Shown here one piece after another: positions 1-8,660 of a stretch of 64,000 nucleotides of DNA (position 1 is its first letter; each line of letters begins with the position of its first letter). The notes beneath the pieces are model-generated. The model was not told the origin of the DNA and did no database searches. It worked only from the letters and a program-made list of their open reading frames with translations. The translations under genes were made by a program, and so were the position numbers. Source of the DNA: Bdellovibrionales bacterium RIFOXYD1_FULL_55_31 (GTDB lineage Bacteria; Bdellovibrionota; UBA1018); NCBI GenBank assembly GCA_001770175.1, contig MEQK01000086.1, positions 1,521-65,520 on the forward strand, in the 5' to 3' direction.

Positions 1-1197
1 TACTTTCCAGATGGTCCAGCCGTACGGCGTTTTGAGATCAAAGGTGCGTGGGAAAAAATTGTAAAGAGCTTCGCGTGTGATCGGTCCGGGAGGCTGGTTC
101 GTACCGTAGTAGCCGCTGATGTCCAGGCCGATATCGGCCTTGGCGACTTCGCGAAGCGTGTCGGCGTAAAAAGTACCCCAGACCGTGGGGCCATGATCCG
201 GTCTGAGCATCGGGACCTGTGAGAACGCCACGGGTTCGCTCAACCAGTTCGCGCCGTACTGTTCCTCGAGCGAAAGGCGCGCTTTCTTCACCAAATCGTC
301 GACATGAGGGTCTCGCGGACCCCGGCTTTGAACCGGAATCAGCCGATACCGGATGATCTTGAGCGGCTGCCCGGGAACGAGGTCCACCAGAAGATCGCCG
401 ACGACTTCGCCATGCGCCCCCGCTTGAACGATCGGGACTGTTCGCGAATCCGGATCTTCCCGGTAAACGGGATCGTAAAGAAAGTCATGGGAATGAGAAC
501 CGATGACGAGATCGATTCCGCGAACTTTTTTGACGAAGTTTTTGTCTTTTCTATGACCCAGATGCGAAAGGAGAAATACGTAGTCCGTCTCTCGTTTCAG
601 CTTGGAAATGAGATCGGCGCCGACCTTCTTCGGTGAATCAATTCCGCCTTCGTTCATGCGCCAGCTGTAAATGAGGTCGCTGGTCGTGAGGCCGACGATT
701 CCGATTCGCGCGCCGGCGCGAGTGAGGACGGTATGACTCTCGATGTGACTTGCCAGGTACTTGGAGGAAGGGGGAATCGCGATGTTGGCGCCCAGATAGC
801 GGGTATGGGGCCGGACCATCCCGAAAATGCCGTCGAGTTGACTCGTTCCGATCAGCCAATCGTGATTTCCGATCGTCACGGCGTCGTAACCCATGGCATC
901 CATGAGCCGTAATGGCGCGCCGCCCTTCTCCGCGTAACGGTAGATGCTCCCGTCCGCAAAATCACCGGCATCGACGGTGAGTGTTTCAATCCCTTTCAGC
1001 GCGGCGGCGTCGCGAAGGCTGTCGATGAGCCCCTTTACCGCGGCATAGCCGCCTCTGCCGGGAGTGTCGGAGGAATCAAAATTGGCGTGAAGATCATTCG
1101 TGTGAATGATCTGGAGCAGTTTCGCCGAAACGTTCGCGGGACTGAATATCGCAAACCAAAATACAATCAGGCAATGCCAAAGCTGGGTGCTACGCAT
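1..1197 (-). CDS. 5'-nucleotidase / calcineurin-like metallophosphoesterase, signal-peptide bearing (3' part runs off window start)
   Basis: Minus-strand translation from ATG (complement of 1195-1197) gives MRSTQLWHCLIVFWFAIFS signal-like N-terminus followed by metallophosphatase motifs (DAGDF...; GYDAVTIGNHDW resembling the GNHEFD motif of 5'-nucleotidases; SHSHD). ORF continues past position 1. Not in supplied ORF track because it lacks a stop inside the window. Confidence 0.65.
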   Translation of the reverse strand, partial: MRSTQLWHCLIVFWFAIFSPANVSAKLLQIIHTNDLHANFDSSDTPGRGGYAAVKGLIDSLRDAAALKGIETLTVDAGDFADGSIYRYAEKGGAPLRLMDAMGYDAVTIGNHDWLIGTSQLDGIFGMVRPHTRYLGANIAIPPSSKYLASHIESHTVLTRAGARIGIVGLTTSDLIYSWRMNEGGIDSPKKVGADLISKLKRETDYVFLLSHLGHRKDKNFVKKVRGIDLVIGSHSHDFLYDPVYREDPDSRTVPIVQAGAHGEVVGDLLVDLVPGQPLKIIRYRLIPVQSRGPRDPHVDDLVKKARLSLEEQYGANWLSEPVAFSQVPMLRPDHGPTVWGTFYADTLREVAKADIGLDISGYYGTNQPPGPITREALYNFFPRTFDLKTPYGWTIWKV

Positions 1198-1214
1198 AGT
1201 CGATCAGGGCCGCA

Positions 1215-2582
1215 TCAGGATTTGGTCATCATGAAGACGGTTCTGAAGCTTTCGACAACACTGTACGAAAAGCCGTCAAAAACCTTTGCTTCCATCTCAC
1301 GAAGACAATCTAATGCGGGGTTCTCCTTTGATTTGACAACCAGTTTGATGAATTCGTCGCTGATACCGATGAGCTCTGCGATTCGATTGGTGTTGGAAGA
1401 CGTTACCTTACCGGGAAATCCTTTGTTGTTTCGCCGTTCGTGGTGCTGGGCGACAGCCTGAACCGTGACTTCGTCGATTCCTGGAATTCTGTTGAGCAGC
1501 TCGGCGCCGAGTGCAGGGTGCATTTCATAGATTTCCCGTTCATCGTGCGTCAGGCTGTTCTCATCCGTTTCGAGCTTGGCTTGGAGCCCCTTCGGGAGTT
1601 CATTAATGCCGATATCATGAAGCAGGGCCGCCACCCCAACCATGCGGAAAGCTGCTTCAGTTTCTATTTTCAACGGGAGCGCGAGCAATCCCGCGACCAT
1701 CGCGGTCCCGACGCCGTGATCATAGGCGGCGAGATTCGAAAGAAATGCCTGGATCTGGGAGTGACTGTCGAGCTTCGTCTGCCTCATCAGGGCGCGGACA
1801 TGCGCGAGATATGCCAGGATATAGTCGATGTGGATCGGGTTTAAACCTTCCTTTCGAATCGTTTCAACGACTGTTTGCCCTTTGTTAAAGAGGTCTGAAA
1901 CTTTCATTTCGAACGAAATGCCCGGGGCGTCCAAAAGATTCTCGGCCAATGCGTCACAATAGGTGAGGCACTGCTCATGACTGCGCTTGCCGATGAAAAA
2001 ATGCGAGACCCCCTTTTCCAAGTAAGAAAGCACGCGATGAGGGGCGAAAGTGTCATTTGCGCTGAGTACCTTGAGATATCCCGTCGAGGGCAGTCGAACG
2101 AAAACATCGAAAAAGCTGCAGGTGCCCGTCAAAAAATCGGTCGCGGGGACGGGCAGGTATTCCTGATCTTCCGGGTGGGGAGAAGAAAGATTGGGTTCGG
2201 CTGGAACGGGAACAAACGTGTACTCAAAGATCTCCGGGGCAAGGCGTTCTTTGATAGTCGAGGAAGAGAGGGGCAGGGGGACTGCATCATTCACCGCCAT
2301 CCGGCGAAGCTGTTCGTGAGAAAAGGGGAGCTCTTTGTCGTAAAGAACATACACCGGCGTTGCCGGCCTGAAGCGGTGTGCCAGGGTTATCAGGTCAATG
2401 CCGCCTGGCATGGCGTGCACTGGGTCCAAAAAAATAGCCGCGAACTTTTTTGTGAGATCCCTGATGAGGAGAGACGGCGAACCACCCGCTTTGACAAAGG
2501 TCAGCGGAATAGAAGACGAGACGCTTTGATAGCGGCTCGAATTGATGATGAGAGTTGAATAACCCGTCTGCTGTTCAGGCAA
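1215..2582 (-). CDS. HD-GYP domain protein (putative c-di-GMP phosphodiesterase) with N-terminal receiver-like domain
   Basis: 455 aa ORF; HD motif (LLHDIGI) and HHERRNNKGFPGK resembling the HHExxDGxGYP signature of HD-GYP proteins; N-terminal ~120 aa has receiver-like alternation. Confidence 0.7.
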   Translation of the reverse strand: MPEQQTGYSTLIINSSRYQSVSSSIPLTFVKAGGSPSLLIRDLTKKFAAIFLDPVHAMPGGIDLITLAHRFRPATPVYVLYDKELPFSHEQLRRMAVNDAVPLPLSSSTIKERLAPEIFEYTFVPVPAEPNLSSPHPEDQEYLPVPATDFLTGTCSFFDVFVRLPSTGYLKVLSANDTFAPHRVLSYLEKGVSHFFIGKRSHEQCLTYCDALAENLLDAPGISFEMKVSDLFNKGQTVVETIRKEGLNPIHIDYILAYLAHVRALMRQTKLDSHSQIQAFLSNLAAYDHGVGTAMVAGLLALPLKIETEAAFRMVGVAALLHDIGINELPKGLQAKLETDENSLTHDEREIYEMHPALGAELLNRIPGIDEVTVQAVAQHHERRNNKGFPGKVTSSNTNRIAELIGISDEFIKLVVKSKENPALDCLREMEAKVFDGFSYSVVESFRTVFMMTKS

Positions 2583-2658
2583 GAACTCCCTCCCTGGTCA
2601 ACGTCACGGCCGCTATCCTGCGGCCGCGTCCTGCGTCAAAGAAGAGTCTATCCAGAAC

Positions 2659-3309
2659 TTGGACTCCAGGCGAGTAAAAGTTTTTGGGGTGATAATTCCA
2701 ATCCAATTGACTCCGGTTTCGGAAGCAGTCTACACTTTTCCCATGGAAAACCACCCCTTCTACACGCCACTGGATCATGCACTTTTTGAAAATCGGATTA
2801 TTCAGCTCATGGGTTCCGTTGATTCCGACCTCGCCTATCATGTGAATAAGTCCTTGCTCGCAATGGAAAAAGCGAATCCGGATTTGCCCATTTACATTTA
2901 CATCAATAGCCCGGGCGGGGAGATCAATTCTGGTTTTTCGATTTACGATATGGCGAGATTCATTAAACCCGAGATCATCACGGTCGTGACCGGGTTGGCC
3001 GCAAGCATGGGGTCCTTAATCGCGCTCTGTGCAACGAAGAAGAATCGCCTGGCCTTTCCGAACAGCAAGTTCTTGATTCACCAGCCTTTGATTTCTGGTG
3101 TTCTCCAGGGTTCCGCGTCCGAGCTGGAAATCAATGCGAGGGAAATCCTGCGTACCAAGGAGAAGATCAACCGGATTTATTCCGAAGAAACCGGGAAGCC
3201 GGTCGAGGAGATCATCAAGCACACTGATCGGGACACCTGGATGACGGCTGAAGAAGCTCTGCAGTTCGGATTAATCAGCCGGATTGTCAAAACCCGAGCG
3301 GAAATCTAA
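2659..3309 (+). CDS. clpP: ATP-dependent Clp protease proteolytic subunit (ClpP family, S14 peptidase)
   Basis: 216 aa; INSPGGEINSGFSIYDMARFIKPEIITVVTGLAASMGSLIA and FLIHQPL match the ClpP active-site serine and histidine regions. Confidence 0.85.
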   Translation: MDSRRVKVFGVIIPIQLTPVSEAVYTFPMENHPFYTPLDHALFENRIIQLMGSVDSDLAYHVNKSLLAMEKANPDLPIYIYINSPGGEINSGFSIYDMARFIKPEIITVVTGLAASMGSLIALCATKKNRLAFPNSKFLIHQPLISGVLQGSASELEINAREILRTKEKINRIYSEETGKPVEEIIKHTDRDTWMTAEEALQFGLISRIVKTRAEI

Positions 3310-3965
3310 AACTCGATTTTTGTGATGTAGCATTCCACCCAGTCGAGCCTGCAATCCGGGAGATTCTGTCCGGGAGGGTAGCTATTCGGGTTACCGCCTG
3401 CTCCGCCAGGCAGCGGATGAATCCCGACGTCCCTAGGCCCGTCGGCATAAGGATAGTTGGAGGGAAATCCTGGGATGCTCATGTCCGGATAATTGGGATT
3501 CCTGCCTCCGCAATTCTCGGGTTGGAACCAAGTCGTGCAACTCACGTCCGCGCGGAGCACCCGTTCCCAGCCGGGGGGCATTCCGAATACCGGTCGAGCA
3601 TTCGGCGTTTCGCCAGAGACCCACACTTGGTGCTTGGAATAACCCATGGTCTTGTCCGGAGTGATGATCTGGCTCAGGGTCTTCGAGTTCTCGAGAATGA
3701 GTTGCGTGTATTCCGAGAGCCGCTGGCGCAAACCTTCTCGCTCATCGGTGATCGAATAACGTCGAAAGATTTCGCTGCCAGGTTCAAGGGTCTTCAGAAA
3801 CAGTTCGTCTTTTTTAGGGGTATTGGCCTGAAGCGATTCATAGGCAACGACGACGGCCTTTTCCGGGCTACTGAATGTCTTTTTACAACCCGAAACTGGC
3901 AGGGCAGCCAGAACGAGGCTGAGTAGGAAAGTTACCTGCGCTTTGGGAGTTTTGGGGTCAAACAT
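3306..3965 (-). CDS. hypothetical lipoprotein with Pro/Gly/Asn/Tyr-rich C-terminal region
   Basis: Likely start at complement of 3963-3965, preceded by AAAGGAG 7 nt upstream. Lipoprotein signal with lipobox LAALPVSGC. C-terminal NPNYP/GGAGGNPNSYPPG low-complexity tail. Confidence 0.5.
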   Translation of the reverse strand: MFDPKTPKAQVTFLLSLVLAALPVSGCKKTFSSPEKAVVVAYESLQANTPKKDELFLKTLEPGSEIFRRYSITDEREGLRQRLSEYTQLILENSKTLSQIITPDKTMGYSKHQVWVSGETPNARPVFGMPPGWERVLRADVSCTTWFQPENCGGRNPNYPDMSIPGFPSNYPYADGPRDVGIHPLPGGAGGNPNSYPPGQNLPDCRLDWVECYITKIEF

Positions 3966-4132
3966 AGATTGCTCCTTTAAGCCTGATCGTTTCGCTCTTA
4001 TATACAGAAAGCCCTGTTTCGGCAACTGTCAATTGCAGGAGCTGAGAGGGCCCGGGCGGCGCCGTGCGCGAGGTATTAAGTCCTCGAAACAATATGCTTT
4101 TCTTAAGCCTCTGATCGACCTATGATCGAGAG

Positions 4133-4801
4133 GTGAATCAGATCAATTCTCCCGTCGAATCCATGGTTCAAATTGATATGGCCAGCCTGGGTGTTACCCA
4201 GATTTACAAATTGCTGATCGGCTCCATCGTCCCGAGGCCAATTGCTTTAACGAGTACCATCGATTCCGACGGAATTACGAATCTCGCGCCTTTCAGTTTT
4301 TTTAGCGGAGTATCGAGCGATCCACCTTGCGTGATGCTCGCCATTACACGAAAACCGGATGGCGGGAAGAAAGATACGCTCAGGAATATTGAAGAGAACC
4401 GAGAGTTCGTCGTCAATACGGTCGCCCATTGGATGGCGGGTCCGATGAATCAGTGTTCCGCGGACTATCCTCCCGGTGAAAGCGAGTTCGAGAAAGTCGG
4501 ACTGACGCCGCTCCCTTCGGTCAAAGTGCGCCCGCCGAGAGTCAAGGAATCCCCCATTCACATGGAATGCGAACTCTTCAAAATGGTTGAAATCGGCGAT
4601 GGCTGCGTGGGTTCCTCCGTGATCGTGGTTGGCCGGATTCTAATGATGCACGTTCATGCCGCTGCTTATGAGAACGGCAAGATCAAGCTGGAAGCCATTG
4701 ATCCGGTCTCCCGGCTGTCGGGGATCAGCTATGGCAGGACGAGTGGGGTTTATGAAATTCCGAGAGCCCGGACTGACCAGGGGGGGGATTTTGGCGTTTA
4801 A
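4133..4801 (+). CDS. flavin reductase-like (FMN-binding split barrel) family protein
   Basis: 222 aa; PRPIALTSTIDSDGITNLAPFSFFSGVSSDPPCVMLAI matches the flavin reductase-like domain signature region. Confidence 0.65.
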   Translation: MNQINSPVESMVQIDMASLGVTQIYKLLIGSIVPRPIALTSTIDSDGITNLAPFSFFSGVSSDPPCVMLAITRKPDGGKKDTLRNIEENREFVVNTVAHWMAGPMNQCSADYPPGESEFEKVGLTPLPSVKVRPPRVKESPIHMECELFKMVEIGDGCVGSSVIVVGRILMMHVHAAAYENGKIKLEAIDPVSRLSGISYGRTSGVYEIPRARTDQGGDFGV

Positions 4802-4835
4802 GCGATTCCGGGGCTGGACCATTTTTTCAAAAATC

Positions 4836-7151
4836 ATGAGCCTTTCGATCGTCTCGATCGTTCTGAGCGCTTCGGTCATCCTGATTTACGTGCTCCCAGT
4901 GGTCGAAGAGAAGCTCATCACCGAGAAACGGGCGGCCGTGCAGGATCTCGTCAATGTCGCTCTCCGCATTCTCAGCGATTCGCAGGCGAGGGTCGAACGT
5001 GGTGAGTTGGACGTCACCGAGGCCAAAAGACTCGCCGCTTCGAATATCCGCGGTCTTCGTTACAAGCACATCGATTATATCTGGATCAATGATCTCTCCT
5101 CGCGGATGATCATGCATCCCACGATTCCCAGCCTGAACGGCCTCGATTTGAAGAGTTTTAAAGACGCGAGCGGAAAGTTTCTTTTTCAGGAGTTCACGGA
5201 AATCTGTGAAAGCAAAGGTGAAGGATTCGTTGAATACAACTGGCCGGTACCCGACGGGACCGAACCTGCCCCGAAGCTTTCATTCGTGAAGCTCTTCAAA
5301 CCGTGGGGCTGGATTCTGGGAAGTGGTATTTACGTGGACGACGTCAAACGGGACATCCGGATCGTCGCGGCCAGGATTCTGACGGCCACGGCCGGATTCG
5401 TCATTCTGGCGATCATCGTGAGTTTTCTGCTCGCGCAGAGAATTTCACGTCCTTTGCGTAACGCCGTGGGCACGTTGAACGAAATCGCGGCTGGCAACCT
5501 CGGAGTGAGAATCGCGTCTTCAGGCACGGATGAGACCGGCCAGCTACTTTCGGCTATGAAGAACATGGTCGAGAATCTCAGGCAAAGCGATGAAGCGCTT
5601 CGGGCAAGTCGGCTTCGTTATCAGATGCTTTTTGAGAGAATGCTGGACGGGTTTGCCCTGTACACGATGATTCGCGACGAAGGGGGCGTTGTTCGGGATT
5701 ACCGGTTCGTTGAGGTGAATCCCGCGTTTGAGCGCATGATCGGGCTGCCGAAGGACGAGCTTATCGGACAGACGGTCCAGGATGCCATGCCTTCGGATAA
5801 TAACCCATATTGGGTCAATCTTTACGAAAAAGCCGCCAGATCCGGCGGTAGCACGCGTTTCGAAACTTACGACCGGCGGCGCGACCGACATTACGAGGTT
5901 TCGGCATACAGCCCCGCCCCGGGCCAGTTTGCGACGATTTTCACCGACATTAGCGATCGAAAGCGGATGGAATCTGAAAAAGGAAAGATTCAGGACCAGC
6001 TTTTTCGGGCTTCCAAACTTGCCACGATCGGCACGCTTGCCGCCGGCGTGGCACACGAAATTAATAACCCGCTTACGATCATCGACGGGAATATCGGTAT
6101 CATTCGCGATCACCTTCTCGAAAAAGGTGGCGCCGCGGACGACCGAGTTTTCGATTTACTCCAGAAGCAGGAGAAGGGGGTCCGGAGAATAGCGAACATC
6201 GTGAATGGGTTGCGATCCTATGCGCGTGCCGACAACGATACGCTGCAAAATACGAATTTGAACAAAGTGATCACCGACACGGTGCTGCTGGTCGAGGAGA
6301 TTTATCGGAAAGCCGATATCGAGGTAACAACCCGACTTTCTTCCGAACCGCTTTTCGTGCGCGGAAATCCGGGGAAGCTCCAGCAGGTTTTGATGAATCT
6401 GGTCGCGAATGCAAAAGACGCCCTCTGCTCCCGGGATGGCGACCGGCGGATCACGATCGTGAGCGCGGCCGTGGGCGAAACGAGTGTCATGGAAGTCATC
6501 GATAACGGCGAAGGGATCTCCCCGAAGGACATCGATCACATTTTTGATCCGTTCTATACGACAAAGCCTGTCGGAGCGGGTACTGGCCTGGGGTTGGCGC
6601 TGACCTATTCGATCATTACCTCCATCGGCGGTAAAATCGAGGTCGAATCGAAACCGGGGCAGGGGTCCAAATTTACGGTGACGCTGAACGGTGCTGTTAA
6701 GGACGAAAAAATGGTGGAAGAAATCATGTTGCCGCAGGCCAAACCTGGCAAGCTCGAAGGCAGGGCTTTGTTGGTCGATGACGAAGATGGCGTGAGGGAT
6801 ATCGTGCGGAAGTACCTCGAAACTTTCGGACTTGAAGTCACTGAAGCCGAGAATGGCGCGGTCGCATTGGAAAAACTTAAATCCGGTATTTTTGATTTCG
6901 TCATCACCGACATGAAAATGCCGAAGATGAACGGCGATGTTTTGGTCACCGAAGCGAAAAAGCTGAACCTGCCCAAGTGCGTGCGCTACCTGGTCATCAC
7001 GGGGGGGCTCGCGGGAGACAACGAAGCGGATGACGACTCGGGGCTACGGGGCGAATACGGCGCGGACGGATATCTTCGCAAGCCGTTCAATCGAAAGGAT
7101 TTGCTTCACGCTTTAGAGAAAATATCAGAGCTAGCCCCGGTCTCGGACTAA
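4836..7151 (+). CDS. hybrid sensor histidine kinase (periplasmic Cache-like sensor, HAMP, PAS, HisKA, HATPase, C-terminal receiver)
   Basis: TM helix at N-terminus (MSLSIVSIVLSASVILIYVL) and a second TM before a HAMP-like segment. PAS-like block (FVEVNPAFERMIGL). H-box AAGVAHEINNPLT. N/G boxes (LMNLVANAKDA, DNGEGIS, GTGLGL). C-terminal REC (ALLVDDEDGVRD...FVITDMKMPKMNG...KPF). Start chosen at the ATG at 4836; the track ORF extends upstream to 4656 and overlaps the previous gene. Confidence 0.85.
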   Translation: MSLSIVSIVLSASVILIYVLPVVEEKLITEKRAAVQDLVNVALRILSDSQARVERGELDVTEAKRLAASNIRGLRYKHIDYIWINDLSSRMIMHPTIPSLNGLDLKSFKDASGKFLFQEFTEICESKGEGFVEYNWPVPDGTEPAPKLSFVKLFKPWGWILGSGIYVDDVKRDIRIVAARILTATAGFVILAIIVSFLLAQRISRPLRNAVGTLNEIAAGNLGVRIASSGTDETGQLLSAMKNMVENLRQSDEALRASRLRYQMLFERMLDGFALYTMIRDEGGVVRDYRFVEVNPAFERMIGLPKDELIGQTVQDAMPSDNNPYWVNLYEKAARSGGSTRFETYDRRRDRHYEVSAYSPAPGQFATIFTDISDRKRMESEKGKIQDQLFRASKLATIGTLAAGVAHEINNPLTIIDGNIGIIRDHLLEKGGAADDRVFDLLQKQEKGVRRIANIVNGLRSYARADNDTLQNTNLNKVITDTVLLVEEIYRKADIEVTTRLSSEPLFVRGNPGKLQQVLMNLVANAKDALCSRDGDRRITIVSAAVGETSVMEVIDNGEGISPKDIDHIFDPFYTTKPVGAGTGLGLALTYSIITSIGGKIEVESKPGQGSKFTVTLNGAVKDEKMVEEIMLPQAKPGKLEGRALLVDDEDGVRDIVRKYLETFGLEVTEAENGAVALEKLKSGIFDFVITDMKMPKMNGDVLVTEAKKLNLPKCVRYLVITGGLAGDNEADDDSGLRGEYGADGYLRKPFNRKDLLHALEKISELAPVSD

Positions 7152-7156
7152 GTTCA

Positions 7157-7543
7157 TCAAACCGCGATGTCGACATCGCGTTCGAGCTGTTTTGCAGCGT
7201 TTCGCGACCCGATTTTTCGGGACGAGTAGACGCCAAAAAGATAGCCGCTCATGAATACGATCATCCAGACCGTGAGAGGGCGCTCTTTCACCAGTCGCAG
7301 GCCTTCTTCTGTGGAACTTTGTACTTCATTCAGGATCCGCCCCGCGGAATCCTTCGCGCTATGAACGAATTCTTCCACCGATGTTCGCGTCTGTTCCGCG
7401 TAGGATTCCATCGTTTGGCGCTTTTCGTCGAGATAGGCTTCGGCAGACTGGATTCGGTCCTTAAGGTGGTCGAGTGCCTGCTCGAATTGTTTCGAGCTGT
7501 TCTGCATTGCCTCTTCGGCTCTTTTGATTTCGGTTTGACTCAT
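7157..7543 (-). CDS. DUF883/ElaB-YqjD-like membrane-anchored protein
   Basis: 128 aa, charged coiled-coil N-terminal part and a single C-terminal TM (LTVWMIVFMSGYLFGVY), architecture of ElaB/YqjD/YgaM family. Confidence 0.55.
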   Translation of the reverse strand: MSQTEIKRAEEAMQNSSKQFEQALDHLKDRIQSAEAYLDEKRQTMESYAEQTRTSVEEFVHSAKDSAGRILNEVQSSTEEGLRLVKERPLTVWMIVFMSGYLFGVYSSRKIGSRNAAKQLERDVDIAV

Positions 7544-7968
7544 GCAACCCTCCCTTTGGTCGTCTGCGCGACTTCATCCAGTTTCTTTTCCGTCACTGCT
7601 ACTTGCTGCTGCAAGCCGCGCCGCGTGTGAGGAAAACTCAGGTCTTCGTGTAAAACTTTGCGATAAGCCGAAAGGGCCAGTCCGCCGCCTACGGCCATGA
7701 ACCCGACACCCACGATCAGGGCACTCAGCCAGTAATTTTCCTGCAACAGGCGGCCGAGGCCGATCACCGCGAACGCGAGAATCGGCAGGATTCCCAACGC
7801 CGCGACTGCTCCGAAAAGCGCGGCTTGCAGCACGTGCTTACTCAGCTGGCCGGTGATGTCCGTCACCTCCGCGCGTGCAAGGCGGACTTCAGCCCGAAGT
7901 ATATCGCGTAAGCTTGACGCTAGCTCGGCGGCGATTCCCGATAACGAGCCCCCATTTTTTTTATCCAT
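7540..7968 (-). CDS. YqjE-like / phage-holin-family small membrane protein
   Basis: 142 aa with two TM helices (ALFGAVAALGILPILAFAVIGL; LSALIVGVGFMAVGGGLALSAY). 4-nt overlap with downstream DUF883 gene, mirroring the E. coli yqjD-yqjE pairing. Confidence 0.5.
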   Translation of the reverse strand: MDKKNGGSLSGIAAELASSLRDILRAEVRLARAEVTDITGQLSKHVLQAALFGAVAALGILPILAFAVIGLGRLLQENYWLSALIVGVGFMAVGGGLALSAYRKVLHEDLSFPHTRRGLQQQVAVTEKKLDEVAQTTKGRVA

Positions 7969-8039
7969 ACAGAGCGAGCCTCCGGGATCAGAGCTGCAAT
8001 CGCCAGGCCGTGTTCGGGGCCACTTGAGTGTGCTTTGGA

Positions 8040-8531
8040 TTACGGAGCGCTCGGAACTTGACCGTTAAAAAGCTCTTTATTGTAGTAGTCCTCGTATCGC
8101 GAATAGATATGACCGCTGATCAGGTAAGGATTCATGAGGCTGGCCGGAAGTCCGGAGCGGGTGACGTTGTTCACATGTGGGCGTCGCAAAACACAGTGTC
8201 CCATCTCGTGGAACATGAGGGCGGTCCGTTCGTTTTCGTCCATCAGTTCCCATCCTGATTCCAGAATGATGATGGTCGGAGGGGAGTCCGGTCCGATGTC
8301 GCAGATGGCCCGCTGACGCGGATTGTCCATGGGACCGAACTGAATGACAAGATCTTCCACCTTCAGATTTCCGCCATGATACTGCGCGCCCGCCTGAAAT
8401 TTTTCCACGTAGGGCACAAAAATTCCGAGATCAAGGACAGGTTCACGTTCTTGCTTGCCGCAAGAGATGAGGATCATACTCATCGTGATCATTAAACCTT
8501 TTAAGAGATGGATCGAAGTCATATTTGTCAC
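8040..8531 (-). CDS. small lipoprotein with HExxH zinc-metallopeptidase motif
   Basis: Signal/lipobox (MSMILISCGK), HEMGH motif at residues ~108-112; ~160 aa, too short for a classical protease. Confidence 0.45.
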   Translation of the reverse strand: MTNMTSIHLLKGLMITMSMILISCGKQEREPVLDLGIFVPYVEKFQAGAQYHGGNLKVEDLVIQFGPMDNPRQRAICDIGPDSPPTIIILESGWELMDENERTALMFHEMGHCVLRRPHVNNVTRSGLPASLMNPYLISGHIYSRYEDYYNKELFNGQVPSAP

Positions 8532-8660
8532 CGACGTTCAGCGGACGTAATACCTTAATTATGACACAAAGCGTTACAAAATCAAGGCATTGAGACTTTT
8601 CATTTATAGCTGGTCGGTGCTATGATGCCCGCAAATAAACCCTCGGGGAGGACTAAAATA

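Noticed and set aside
304-859. Track ORFs 304..636(+) and 638..859(-)
   Set aside because: Both lie inside or antisense to the 5'-nucleotidase/metallophosphoesterase gene, whose minus-strand frame carries the diagnostic GNHDW/SHSHD motifs across the whole 1-1197 span.
1440-2558. Plus-strand ORFs 1440..1844 and 1977..2558 inside the HD-GYP gene
   Set aside because: Antisense, Arg-rich, no motifs; the minus frame has the HD and GYP signatures.
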